Source of the DNA: an uncultured Verrucomicrobiae bacterium
GTDB taxonomy: Bacteria; Verrucomicrobiota; Verrucomicrobiia; Chthoniobacterales; JAFAMB01
Direction: 5' to 3'
Length of the DNA stretch: 64,000 nt
Assembly: GCA_963837955.1 (NCBI GenBank)
Contig: CAWIPH010000001.1
Location: 256,001 to 320,000, forward strand
How positions within the stretch are numbered: the first letter of the stretch is position 1; every line of letters begins with the position of its first letter. Position numbers and translations under genes: made by a program. Below are positions 39,161-49,700 of the stretch, one piece after another. The notes beneath the pieces were generated by a model that did no database searches, was not told where the DNA came from, and saw only the letters and a list, made by a program, of their open reading frames with translations.

Positions 39161-40318
39161 AAGCTCGATCACCCGCAGATAAATACTCTCCAACTTCTTG
39201 ACCTGTTCGACGTTGTTGAATTTCCTCGCGACCGTTTCCGCGCCCTTTGCTCCGATTGATTCGCGCAAAGGATCGTTTCGGGTGAGTTCCTGCAAGGCAA
39301 GATATACAGCCTCGGGATCCCCCTCATTCACCAAGAGTCCATTCACACCGTCGGTAATCGCCTCCGGGATTCCGCCGTGATAAGTCGATACGCAAGGAAG
39401 ACCGGTGGCCATCGCTTCCAACAAACTGTTGGGCACTCCCTCCCGGTTCCCGTCGACTGTAAGCTCACTCGGATGCAGAAAAATGTGGCTAGAGCAAAAG
39501 AGCCGAGCAAGGCCGGCGGCATCAAGAAAGCCGGTAAAGAACACGTTTCGAGTTATTCCAAGTTGTTCACTTTCGGCCTCGAGTCGCTGGCGCACCGGTC
39601 CATCGCCGGCAATCGTTAGCGTTGCCGCCGGAAACTGTTGTTGAAACTTGGCGAATGCTCGGAGCGTTACTCCCAGACCTTTCTTTTCGATCAATCGGCA
39701 TGCCTGAACCAGCCGCCACGCACCATCAGAAGGTTTTGGTCGACTCTCTTCCGAGAAGAGTTCAAGCGGAATACCCGTTCGATGCACCTGCAGTTTCTCG
39801 GGCGGGCAGCCTCTCTCCCTGAGGGCTTCCGCCAAAGATTCCGACCGCGCCAGCACTAACGCAGCCCGTTGGAAAACCTCACGCAATCGCAGATCAGCGA
39901 GTCGCGAGTTGAACCCGACCTGGACATCGGCTCCATGAAAGGAAACGATCACCGGAACCGGGCTCCTCCTGATAAGCGGCAACCAAAAGATTCCGTTGTT
40001 CCCGAAATAAATATGGAGGAGCGCGGACTTTTGCTCGATCAGCGCCCTTAACAATTCTCGGCATTCCCCAGGAAGAGCCAACTGCGGGCTGCGACGAATC
40101 TGGACATGCCAAATCCGGCGAGCCCACCGGAACGGTGATCTCCTGAGCAGAAACAACTCCGGATAAGGAAAACGATCCGTGTTCTCTCGCTTAAACGCGT
40201 GGACTGCAATTCTGACGTTGGTTGGACCGATAACTTGCCGGTAGACATGCCACATTTCCGGCTTCAGAAACGTCGGGCAAAACACGCTAACCGTCGGAGT
40301 ATTCGAAGCAATCGTCAT
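39092..40318 (-). CDS. GT4 glycosyltransferase (WcaL-like)
   Basis: VSFHGAD, RLIEKKG, REGVPNSLLEAMATGLPCVSTYHGGIPE. Confidence 0.92.
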   Translation of the reverse strand: MTIASNTPTVSVFCPTFLKPEMWHVYRQVIGPTNVRIAVHAFKRENTDRFPYPELFLLRRSPFRWARRIWHVQIRRSPQLALPGECRELLRALIEQKSALLHIYFGNNGIFWLPLIRRSPVPVIVSFHGADVQVGFNSRLADLRLREVFQRAALVLARSESLAEALRERGCPPEKLQVHRTGIPLELFSEESRPKPSDGAWRLVQACRLIEKKGLGVTLRAFAKFQQQFPAATLTIAGDGPVRQRLEAESEQLGITRNVFFTGFLDAAGLARLFCSSHIFLHPSELTVDGNREGVPNSLLEAMATGLPCVSTYHGGIPEAITDGVNGLLVNEGDPEAVYLALQELTRNDPLRESIGAKGAETVARKFNNVEQVKKLESIYLRVIELGRDRVLAIRGARGRAPSPPEDR

Positions 40319-40570
40319 CGATTGCCCGAAATGACCGATAGCAGATCGCCAATAGCAAATCTTGGTTAGCGGTAATTGGCTATCGGCTATTCATGTCTCG
40401 GTGCTCTTCGCCGAGCGCTAGGCGTACTTTAGAACAGATCTATTGGAAGGCATTCCAATGCCAAAATGCTCTGCCGCCGCGTGAAACCAGATCACCTCTT
40501 TGCGTCTTGGCGTCTTTGCGTGAGTTTTTCCTCTCCTATTGTGTCTTGGCGTGAGATCCGAGCTGGGCAA

Positions 40571-40597
40571 CAAAAAAGGCCGGACTAGTCCGGCCTT
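40571..40597 (-). terminator. Rho-independent terminator
   Basis: Perfect palindrome aaggccggactagtccggcctt followed by a U-tract on the minus strand, downstream of 40625..40960. Confidence 0.8.
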
Positions 40598-40624
40598 CCA
40601 TCAAAAACGCCTGTGCGCGTCCAG

Positions 40625-40960
40625 TTAGAACGTAATCGAGAACAGCTTCCAATATAATACAGGTTTGCCGCTCGTATCTCGCGGATCTAGTGCAGGTCTT
40701 CCGCTCGTGTCTCGCACATCAGCTGAGACCACCTGCTGACCGCTACCGTAGCTGGCAGGAGCACCTGGGTTCACCAGTTGGTATTTACGGGGTGACGTAA
40801 AGACCTTGTGGAGAATGCTTGAATTGGAGCCCTCTTCAACCGCCGGACGAGGAGGGATCGCTTGCGGCGCATATTTGGGGACATTCGTAAATTCCTGAGC
40901 AAAAGCTGCCCCGGCGCTGAAGCCGAGAAAAGCCAGAGCAAATAACACGTTTTTCTTCAT
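40625..40960 (-). CDS. Secreted hypothetical protein
   Basis: Signal peptide MKKNVLF...AFA; LVNPGAPASYGSG; C-terminal aromatic (SITF); internal duplication RDTSG(R/K)P. Confidence 0.75.
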   Translation of the reverse strand: MKKNVLFALAFLGFSAGAAFAQEFTNVPKYAPQAIPPRPAVEEGSNSSILHKVFTSPRKYQLVNPGAPASYGSGQQVVSADVRDTSGRPALDPRDTSGKPVLYWKLFSITF

Positions 40961-41061
40961 AGATCGCTCTCCCTAGCTCTTTACGTTAAAGCTGAATGGT
41001 CGGTTTCAAAAGAAAATAATTTGTGGGATGTCTGCCAGGTGCGTTGACGCGTCAGCCAATC

Positions 41062-41679
41062 CTAGTGTCCGCTCGCCCAAGCCGGCAGATGATATCCCCG
41101 CTGAACTAATTCCCCTACCGAGTAAGAAATTATCTTCGGCGAGCCAGAGACAGTCCGGTCAGGCCCAAAAAAATAATCGAAAGTCGCTTTCTGGTCCGGG
41201 TCATCACGATCCAGGGCACCGACTCCCTGTTGAACAAGCTTGTCGCCGTCCACGAAATAGTACTCCAAATCGCTTATCATGTTCGATTGATCCCGGTCCT
41301 GGTTGTCTAGTTCCAGGCTATAAGCCTGAACCAACCCGTCGCGATGTAAGGCCGGAATCGGACCAACGTAGATACCGGCAAAGTCTATCAGCACGTCAGA
41401 ATCGGTTATGCGCCGGAATCCGCCCTCGATCGGAGCATAGGCGATCCATAGCCACGTATTCGGACCTGATTTTCGGTACCAGGTTCCAACGAACACGACC
41501 GGCTTTCCGTTTCCTTCCATATCGACTTCGACGCGCTTAAGCATTAACAAGCGACCGACATTCTCTGCCCGATCCGGCACATTCATGGACAGGTAGTCAG
41601 CGATCGGATCGGTGATAACGGCGCCCGCCCTGACGTTCGTCAGAGCAAGAGTGATGATGAGCAAACTGAGCCGCCACAT
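41062..41679 (-). CDS. Secreted hypothetical protein
   Basis: Signal peptide MWRLSLLIITLALTNVRA; soluble acidic domain. Confidence 0.65.
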   Translation of the reverse strand: MWRLSLLIITLALTNVRAGAVITDPIADYLSMNVPDRAENVGRLLMLKRVEVDMEGNGKPVVFVGTWYRKSGPNTWLWIAYAPIEGGFRRITDSDVLIDFAGIYVGPIPALHRDGLVQAYSLELDNQDRDQSNMISDLEYYFVDGDKLVQQGVGALDRDDPDQKATFDYFFGPDRTVSGSPKIISYSVGELVQRGYHLPAWASGH

Positions 41680-41850
41680 GGTCAGCGAAATAGATTCAGA
41701 ATCGTGCCCGTTGTCCACCCGGATGCAGAATTCAGAATTTAGAATTTGGAATGGAGTCGGGATCGGTTGCGGTCCGCGACAGCGCTGAGGCGGTGCTGAC
41801 CAACCTCGTCGAGTTTTCGCCTTACCGATCGCGCGCCTTGTTCCAACGTC

Positions 41851-42003
41851 GGTAGGGCGAAAATTTATTTGAGCCGGAAACCCCTGAGCGGCTCACACAA
41901 GAGCGTTTTGATTGTGCCATGCGGACCAACATAAGGCGATGTCCCGAACGCGGGAGGGATCGCGTCCTCGCGATCCGCGGCGCACGAGGACGCGATCCCT
42001 CCC
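41851..42003. repeat. Composite repeat: GTAG motif plus hairpin repeat (reverse orientation)
   Basis: 41851-41879 identical to 28102-28130; hairpin at 41952-42003. Confidence 0.85.
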
Positions 42004-42071
42004 CGCCGAACCGTTCCGCTTTCAGAGAGGCCATTTTCATTCGTGGCCATTTCGTGGTTTAGAAGAATCCG

Positions 42072-42815
42072 ATGAAATCCACCGAGCGTTTCAGTAATCG
42101 GGTAGAACAATATGCCCGATATCGTCCCCGTTATCCGAAAGCGCTGCTCGACCTCCTATTAACCAAGGTACCGTTGCCGGCTACGGTCGCCGATATCGGA
42201 TCCGGAACCGGGATTCTGTCGGATCAACTGCTTCAATCCGGTTACCAGGTCATGGCCGTCGAACCAAATAAGCCAATGCGCGAAGCCGCGGAGCGCCAGT
42301 TATCTGGACATAACACGTTTCGAAGCGTCGATGGCACAGCTGAAAACACGGAGCTAGACTCGTTGTCTGTCGACGCGGTCACCTGCGCCCAATCGTTTCA
42401 TTGGTTCGATCAAGGAAAATGCCGAACCGAATTCGATCGGATCCTTCGCCCGGATGGACTCATCGCGCTGATTTGGAATGATCGCGCCCCGCAAGATCCA
42501 TTGATGGAACGATACGATGAACTCCTTACAAGATTCCTTCCCGAGTATCCCAACTACTCGCATCGACGGGTTTCCACGGCGGATATTGAGATATTTTTCG
42601 CCGGTGGATCGTTCCAATTATTTACGTTTTCGAACGATCAATCTCTGACGCGAGAGGAATTCTTAGGAAGACTTATTTCTTCTTCCTATGTGCCACTCGC
42701 CGGAGAGCCGGGCCACCAAGAGTTGATCGAAGCGTGCAACGCTCTCTTTGATCAGTTCGCCGTGAACGGCTCCATCCGGTTCCTGTACGAGACCCAAGTC
42801 TATCTGGGTCGCTAG
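42072..42815 (+). CDS. Class I SAM-dependent methyltransferase
   Basis: YARYRPRYP, VADIGSGTG, AQSFHWFD, RILRPDG. Confidence 0.92.
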   Translation: MKSTERFSNRVEQYARYRPRYPKALLDLLLTKVPLPATVADIGSGTGILSDQLLQSGYQVMAVEPNKPMREAAERQLSGHNTFRSVDGTAENTELDSLSVDAVTCAQSFHWFDQGKCRTEFDRILRPDGLIALIWNDRAPQDPLMERYDELLTRFLPEYPNYSHRRVSTADIEIFFAGGSFQLFTFSNDQSLTREEFLGRLISSSYVPLAGEPGHQELIEACNALFDQFAVNGSIRFLYETQVYLGR

Positions 42816-42827
42816 CGTCGATGGCTT

Positions 42828-43211
42828 GGTCCCGGAGGGACTCAACGAAAATAGCCCAGTACGCAGTGCTGGGAATTAGACAAAAAGAGACGTCCGTCCC
42901 GTGAGGGACGATCGAAATGTTTTGGCTATTGGTCTTCTCGTAAGCGACGTCACCACCGTAAGCACCCCTCGATCGTCCCATCCGGGACGGGCCGTTTTTT
43001 GAACGCCACCCAGTACGAAGTGCTGGGAAATTACGCAAAGAGAGATTTCCGTCCCGTCAGCGGACGATCGAAATGTTTTGGCTATTGGTCTTCTCGTAAG
43101 CGACTTCACCAGCGTAAGCACCCCTCGATCGTCCCATCCGGGACGGGCCGTTTTTTGAACACCACCCCAGCACTTCGTACTGGGCTACTTTCATTTAGTC
43201 CCTCCGGGACC
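42828..43211. mobile_element. Palindromic MITE/REPIN-like element, two ~155-bp modules
   Basis: Same ends as the 29219 and 32205 elements; module boundaries at about 42855, 43009 and 43166. Confidence 0.85.
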
Positions 43212-43292
43212 CGCGTAGGCGCTCCTCAATTGGCAAATCATTCGAACTCGCAGGACAGTCTCCGCTACCATTTCAGATTACCGCCCTCCGAC

Positions 43293-43365
43293 ATCGGCTA
43301 TCGGCTATCTGCTATCTGCTATTTGCTATTTGCTATTTCCTTTCTGCTATTTGCTATTTGCTATT
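43293..43365. repeat. Heptamer tandem repeat (TTTGCTA/TCTGCTA/TCGGCTA)
   Basis: About nine degenerate 7-mers immediately upstream of the GH94 gene. Confidence 0.85.
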
Positions 43366-43392
43366 TATCCCCACGGATAAGATCAGGGAAGG

Positions 43393-46300
43393 ATGCGAGT
43401 CTTCACCAGTCCCGCTTCCCCCGTACCGGAAGTTCAGCTTTTCTCCAATGGCAGTTATCATCTGGTCATCAGCAACGCCGGAGGCGGATACAGCCGTTGG
43501 CGTGGCCTGACCCTCACGCGTTGGCGTGAAGATGCCACGCGCGATTGCTGGGGAGCTTTCATTTATGTGCGTGATACCGGGTCTGGCGAATTCTTCTCCG
43601 CTGCTTATCAGCCGGCTGTGCGTTCGGCTGCGGATTACCAAGTGACCTTTACGGAGGCCAAAGCCGAGTTTCGCCAACGCCGAGGCGACCTGGAAATCCA
43701 CACGGAAATCTGTGTGTCGCCGGAAGACGACGTGGAAATACGACGGGTCTCTTTGACGAATCATTCCGGTACCCATCGCTCGGTCGAGCTGACAAGTTAC
43801 GCCGAAGTAGTCCTCGCGATTCCTTGGGCGGATCTGGCCCATCCGGTCTTCAGCAATCTCTTCGTACAGACAGAGTTCCTGCGGGAACGCAGCGCCATCC
43901 TTTGCACCAGACGCCCTCGCTCCGAAACTGAAGAACGACCGTGGCTCCTGCATTTACTGGTGACTGAACAAAGCGGCGAGATCTCCTGCGAAACGGATCG
44001 CGCCAGGTTTATTGGACGCGGCCGATCCGCGGCCGATCCGGCCGCAATGCGGCACATTTCGCCGCTTTCCAATACGGTCGGTTCCGTCTTGGACCCAATC
44101 GCCTCGCTTCGAGGCGCGTTCGCGCTCGCTCCCAATGAAATTATCCGCGTCGCTTTTGTTCTGGGGGCAACGGAGAGCCGAGATGCCGCGTCGGCTCTTA
44201 TCGAAAAATACCAGAAGCCCAGTGTGATAGAGCAGTCATTCGATCTCGCAGGGACCCATAGCGAGACTACCTTGCGCCAGGTCCGCATTACCGAAACTGA
44301 GGCCGAGATTTATGCACAATTGGCCGGCGCTCTGGTTTACGTCGATCCAGCTCGCCGAGCGGATTCCAACGTATTGCTTCAGAACCGGCGCGGACAGAAC
44401 GGACTCTGGAGCTACGGCATCTCCGGAAACCTCCCAATCGTTCTGTTGCGAATCAGTGATGCGAACAAAATCGAAATCGTAAAGCAACTGGTTCAGGCGC
44501 ACTCATACTGGCGAGACAAAGCGCTAGCCGTGGATCTAGTCATTTTGATCGAGGACGTTTCGGAGTCGGGCCAATCCCTTTACAACGAAATCGTTGGCTT
44601 GATCGCACCTGAGCCCGAACGTGGAATACTAGACAAGCCGGCAGGAATTTTTGTTCGAGACCGGAAGCAAGTCCCGGAAGAAGATCAGACGCTGCTCGCA
44701 GCGGCAGCCCGCATCGTTCTGACCGATCGAGACGGAACGTTGGCCGAACAATTGGATCGGCCGGAGAGCTACAATCCTCCGATCGCGGAGCTGAGACCGA
44801 CCGAACCCACCTCGCCCAACGGGTCCGCCCCGCTCGTACCGCGCGAGTTGCTTTTTCAGAACGGGCTGGGCGGCTTCACCCCCGATGGATGCGAGTACGT
44901 AATAACATTGGAATCGGGACAAACGACACCCGCCCCTTGGGTGAATGTGATTGCCAACCCGAACTTTGGAACCGTCATCTCTGAGAGTGGGGGTGCCTAT
45001 ACCTGGGCGCAGAATTCTCACGAGTTTCGGCTAACACCTTGGAACAATGATCCGGTAACAGATGCTACTGGGGAAGCGTTTTATCTCAGGGACGAGCAGA
45101 GCGGAGATTTCTGGTCACCAACTCCTGGACCGGCGCGCGGCGCGACCCCTTACGTGATTCGGCACGGTTTCGGCTATTCCGTATTTGAGCATACCGAAAA
45201 CGGCGTCGTTTCGGAGCTGACAGTTTATGTTGCTCTCGATGCACCGGTGAAATTCGCCGCCCTAAAATTGCGCAACGTTTCCGGTCGCGCCCGACGGATT
45301 TCCGTAACTGGGTACTGGGAATGGGTGTTTGGTGATTTGCGCCAAAATGGTTTGCTTCACGCGCAAACGGAAGTGGACGTTACCAGTGGAGCGTTACTGG
45401 GACATAACCCTTATAACGCTGAGTTTTCCGAATGGATCGCGTTCGTTGACGTCGACGCTCCCACGCGAACCTTAACCGGAGATCGGGAGGAATTTCTGGG
45501 CCGAAACGGTGACCTGTCATTTCCGGCAGCGCTGAAGCGAGAACATCTCTCCGGCAAAACCGGAGCCGGTTTGGATCCGTGTGGAGCGATGCAAATCACC
45601 ATGGATTTATCGAATGGTCAGGAACAAGAAACCTGTTTTCGTCTGGGCGCTGGCTGCGGCCTCGCAGAGGTGCAAGATCTGATTCAACGCTTTCGGGGAG
45701 CGCAGGCTAGCCAGACAGCGCTTGAAGGCGCTCGACAATATTGGAAGCAAACGCTTGGCACAGTTCAGGTCGAAACTCCCGATCCATCCGTAAACCTGAT
45801 CGCTAACGGTTGGCTGTTCTACCAGACGTTGAGCTGCCGGCTCTGGGGTCGAACCGGTTTTTATCAATCCGGCGGCGCATTTGGGTTTCGCGACCAACTA
45901 CAAGATGTCATGGCGCTGGTACATGCCGAACCGGCTCTTACCCGAGAACATCTCCTGCGTTCGGCGGCGCATCAATTCCGCGAGGGCGATGTCTTGCATT
46001 GGTGGCATCCTCCGTCTGGACGTGGCTCGCGCACGCATACTTCCGATGACTATTTGTGGCTCCCCTATGTCACCTGCCGCTACGTCTCAGCCGTTGGCGA
46101 CACCAGTGTGCTCGACGAAACGGTTCCGTTTTTGGAAGGCCGGCTCGCTCAAACCAGAGGAAGAATCTTATTATGACTTGCCGAAGCGCTCCGAAGAATC
46201 GGGCACACTCTATGAGCATTGCGTACGCTCCATCGAAAATGGCCTGAAATTCGGTGTACATGGCCTGCCCTTGATGGGGAGCTGCGACTGGAACGACGGA

Positions 46301-47278
46301 ATGAATCTGGTCGGAAAAGATGGGAAGGGCGAAAGTGTTTGGCTGGCCTTTTTCCTCTACGATGTGCTCACCCGGTTCGCCGAGCTGGCTCGTAGCCGCA
46401 ACGACATCTCCTTTGCCGATCGCTGCCTATCTCAAGCGAAGCAACTGCAAACAAACGTCGAAGAGCAAGCCTGGGACGGCGAATGGTATCGGCGCGCCTA
46501 CTTCGATAACGGCGAACCGCTCGGTTCTCATATCAACTCGGAATGCCAAATTGATTCTTTGCCCCAAAGCTGGTCGGTCATCAGTGGCGCCGGCGATCCG
46601 CAACGCGCTCGTCAGGCGATGCAGTCGGTAGACCAGCGCCTGGTCCGTCGAGATAAAGGGCTGATTCAGCTGTTCGATCCGCCTTTTGACAAATCTGACC
46701 TTCATCCTGGCTACATCAAAGGCTATGTCCCGGGTGTACGAGAAAATGGCGGCCAATATACCCATGCGGCGATTTGGACCGTTATGGCGTTCGCGCTGCT
46801 CGGCGACCACGAACGGGCCTGGGAACTGGTTGGATTGCTGAATCCGATCAATCACGCAACCACACCCGCGGCCACCTCCGTTTACAAGGTCGAGCCCTAT
46901 GTCATCGCGGCCGACGTTTACGCCGTCGCACCGCATACCGGCCGGGGCGGCTGGACCTGGTATACCGGTTCGGCCGGATGGACGTACCGGCTCCTGATCG
47001 AAACACTGTTAGGCTTGAACCGGGAAGGGAATCGATTGCGTCTGACCCCACGTCTTCCCAAAGGCTGGACGACTTGCAAGATCCATTACCGGTATCGGAG
47101 TACGACTTATGAGATCGGCATCTCCGTACTGACCGATGCCCAACCCGGCTCCGGTGAAATATCTCTCGATGGAGAACCACTAGCCGGATCAACGATCCCT
47201 CTGGTGGACGACGGTCGCGCGCATCGCGTCGAGATGCGGTTGCCGGCTCGCGATTTGCCCTCGGACACTAGCGGTTAA
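43393..47278 (+). pseudogene. GH94 glycoside phosphorylase matching the C-terminal half of cyclic beta-1,2-glucan synthase (NdvB/Cgs); one frameshift near 46145
   Basis: EVQLFSNG...TRWRED; TPAPWVNVIANP; YQSGGAFGFRDQLQD in ORF 43393..46176; continues as GSCDWNDGMN, GESVWL, GVRENGGQYTHAA, WTWYTGSAGW in ORF 45881..47278. The frameshift may be an assembly error. Confidence 0.85.
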
Positions 47279-47420
47279 CGGCTCGCTGGCACTTTTTGGT
47301 ATGGACATCCTCTCGATAACGATCTTCAGGTCGTTCAGTATTTCGGCCAAGAAATAGTACCGAACGATGTCAAAATGGCGCTTCCGCAATTCGACAGCAT
47401 TATTGACGGTGACGAGTCTT

Positions 47421-48123
47421 TCAAACGCACCCGAGTACAGCAAGATGAGAACAGGTCCAAAATGGATCGGATCTAGTCGGTTTGGTCGTAAAGAGAAATA
47501 CTCTCAATCCCAGACTTCTGAGAAAATCGATATCGTCGAACAGCGAATAGGAGTAATGAACGCCGTCGCCACTGCTGAATTTGTAGGACCTAAAGCCATT
47601 CTTTAAGAATTGAAACGAACGCCAGAGGTGGACAGCCCGGAGCGCATGAGAAACAATTTTCTGTGAAGTCGAGCCGCAGCCGAAATTGTTCATATCCGAG
47701 ATAAACACGGCTCTGCTGGCTACGCGTACCATTTCTCGCATAGCTCGCCGCGGCTCGGACAAATGATGCATTACGCCGAGTGCCAAGACACAATCGTAGG
47801 AGTTGTCGGCGAACTGGATATGGGTTGCGTCCCCGTTGAGTAGCTGATTGACCGGAATTCCTTTCTTGTGACCGATGTTGCGCAATTCTGCAACCGGCTC
47901 AATTCCAGCTACCCGCGCACTCGGAAGTGTCTGCAATCGAAGCAGCCCACGACCCGTCCCGCAACCGACGTCCAAGAAGGAGTTAAGTCTTTGAGATTTC
48001 GCAAGACCGCTTAGCAAATCAAGAGCTCAAATCATGCTCCGGTTCCGAGGCGGACAAATGGCTTTCGTCGTAGCGATCAGCCGTAGTGGCATAATAGGAC
48101 CGTTGCAGCCTAATTTCGTCCAT
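47421..48123 (-). pseudogene. Class I SAM methyltransferase, frameshift near 48025
   Basis: MDEIRLQRSYYATTADRYDESH from ATG 48123 stops early; LDVGCGTG and MREMVRVA lie in the next frame. Confidence 0.75.
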
Positions 48124-48380
48124 TTTCGAGTACGTCCGCCGGAATTAAAAATAAGACAGTCATTGTCCTTCGGATGCAAGTCGAGCGGAATTTTTGAACG
48201 CAGACTCAAGACGAACAAAACCGGGAGAAGCCCGCGATTTCATTTAATCGTGGTACGCGGTTACGGAAACTAGATCGGATCCCAGTTTCCATTTTGGCTT
48301 ACGGGACGGCCTTTGGGAGGTTAACAGTTGAGGTTTCGTCTTGAGGGTTGCAATTAAAGCGTGCGCCGGGGCCCACGATC

Positions 48381-48543
48381 GGTCGGGCGAAAACCTCGGC
48401 GCGCGGCGGGCATGCGATAAATTCGAATTGTTTGCGCCGGGTTTGAGCCGTGCGAGGAATGGATCTGTATAGCGCATTTTCTCGTAACGGCACAAACGGC
48501 TGAAGCCGGCCCGGCGCATGCCGGACCAGGCTTTCGCCCCACC
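48381..48543. repeat. Diverged single copy of the 8103-8733 array element
   Basis: Shares GGGCGAAAACCTCGGCGCGC, GCGCCGGGTTTGAGCCGT, AAACGGCT.AAGCC, CCGGCGC.TGCCGGA and TTTCGCCC. Confidence 0.85.
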
Positions 48544-48554
48544 CAATACAAGAG

Positions 48555-48690
48555 CTAATTCGTTTTCACTAACCGCAGGAAGTCGATCCCGACGAAATAG
48601 TTTATCGCGTTCGTGTTCTTTCCGACCAGAGTAAAGGCTATTTGGTGAGCACCGGCGCTAAGTTGGACCGATCCGAATTTGATCCGCAGC
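48555..48690 (-). pseudogene. Start-less C-terminal fragment of a carbohydrate-binding-module-like domain
   Basis: Manual translation LRIKFGSVQLSAGAHQIAFTLVGKNTNAINYFVGIDFLRLVKTN*; in-frame stop upstream and no start codon. Confidence 0.55.
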
Positions 48691-48836
48691 TTTTCGAACC
48701 AGGGATTCCTCGATTTGGCAAGTGTCCGGCAAAGCTCGCGACACTATGAAGATGTAGGCTCCCTGATGTTAACTAGTGCGGTGTTTCAGTACGTGTTTCC
48801 GCGTAGCTCGCGCCATTTCGGCCCAAGCGGGGACTC

Positions 48837-49586
48837 CTAACTCCTTCCCCTGGCCTTTCTACGAACGATCTCCAACGCGGTATAGAAAACAAACAGGGTG
48901 TTATTGACGAGGTACCGTCGCCAAAGCCGCCTGGGCTCTATCAACAAACGGAACGCCCATTCCAATCCCAAGCGCTGCCATGAAGGTGGCGCCTGTTTCA
49001 CGGTTCCGCTAATGAGTGAGAATGCGGCTCCCACTGCCACGTAGACAGCCGGGGGCAAGGCGTCTTTTAGACGGGCGAGTAAGAGTTCTTGTTTGGGGCA
49101 CCCTAGACCGACCCAGACAAAATTTGGTCCCATGTCTCGCAGGAGCCCGATGATTTTTTCGTCTTCGCCGAATGGCCACTTCCCAAAAGGAGGCGAATAG
49201 GATCCGAGAACTCTAGCCCGAGGATATTTATCACGCAGAACCTGTTCGAGTCTCTGCCGATCTTCCTCCGTCCCGCCCAACAGAAAATGGCGATCAGTCG
49301 GGTCCGAAGCTGCCAGCGAGTGACGCATCAGGTCTGGACCGTAAACCCGGTCTTTTAGCCCAGCATTGAACAGTCGATTCAGATACCAAACCAACGGCAT
49401 GCCATCCGGAACCACGAGATCAAATTTTTCCATTGCCGCCGCGAATTGTTTATCACCGCGCGCGGTGGTTACGAGGTGAGTATTCGCTGCCGCGACTAGG
49501 TGAGCAGCACTTGAATTCTGAGCCCATGCACTCAAAAGGGCGACAGCTTCAGAATAATTGCAAACAGCGATCGGTAACCCGAGCAC
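48837..49586 (-). CDS. WecB/TagA/CpsF family glycosyltransferase (GT26)
   Basis: VPDGMPLVW, RVYGPDLM, YSPPF, WVGLGCPKQE, GLEWAFRLLIEPRRLWRRY. Confidence 0.93.
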   Translation of the reverse strand: MLGLPIAVCNYSEAVALLSAWAQNSSAAHLVAAANTHLVTTARGDKQFAAAMEKFDLVVPDGMPLVWYLNRLFNAGLKDRVYGPDLMRHSLAASDPTDRHFLLGGTEEDRQRLEQVLRDKYPRARVLGSYSPPFGKWPFGEDEKIIGLLRDMGPNFVWVGLGCPKQELLLARLKDALPPAVYVAVGAAFSLISGTVKQAPPSWQRLGLEWAFRLLIEPRRLWRRYLVNNTLFVFYTALEIVRRKARGRS

Positions 49587-49700
49587 CGGCGCTCGGATTA
49601 TGCCGGCAAAACAAACGAGGACTGGGTCACAAAACTCCCGAATGTAATGTTACGATCCCAGTAATTTCTAAAAAAGCTTTCCGAGCGCAATAATATAACC

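Noticed and set aside
46130..46180. Programmed ribosomal frameshift in the GH94 gene
   Set aside because: There is no slippery heptamer, and a single indel near ggccggctcgctc explains it. Indels become common further right.
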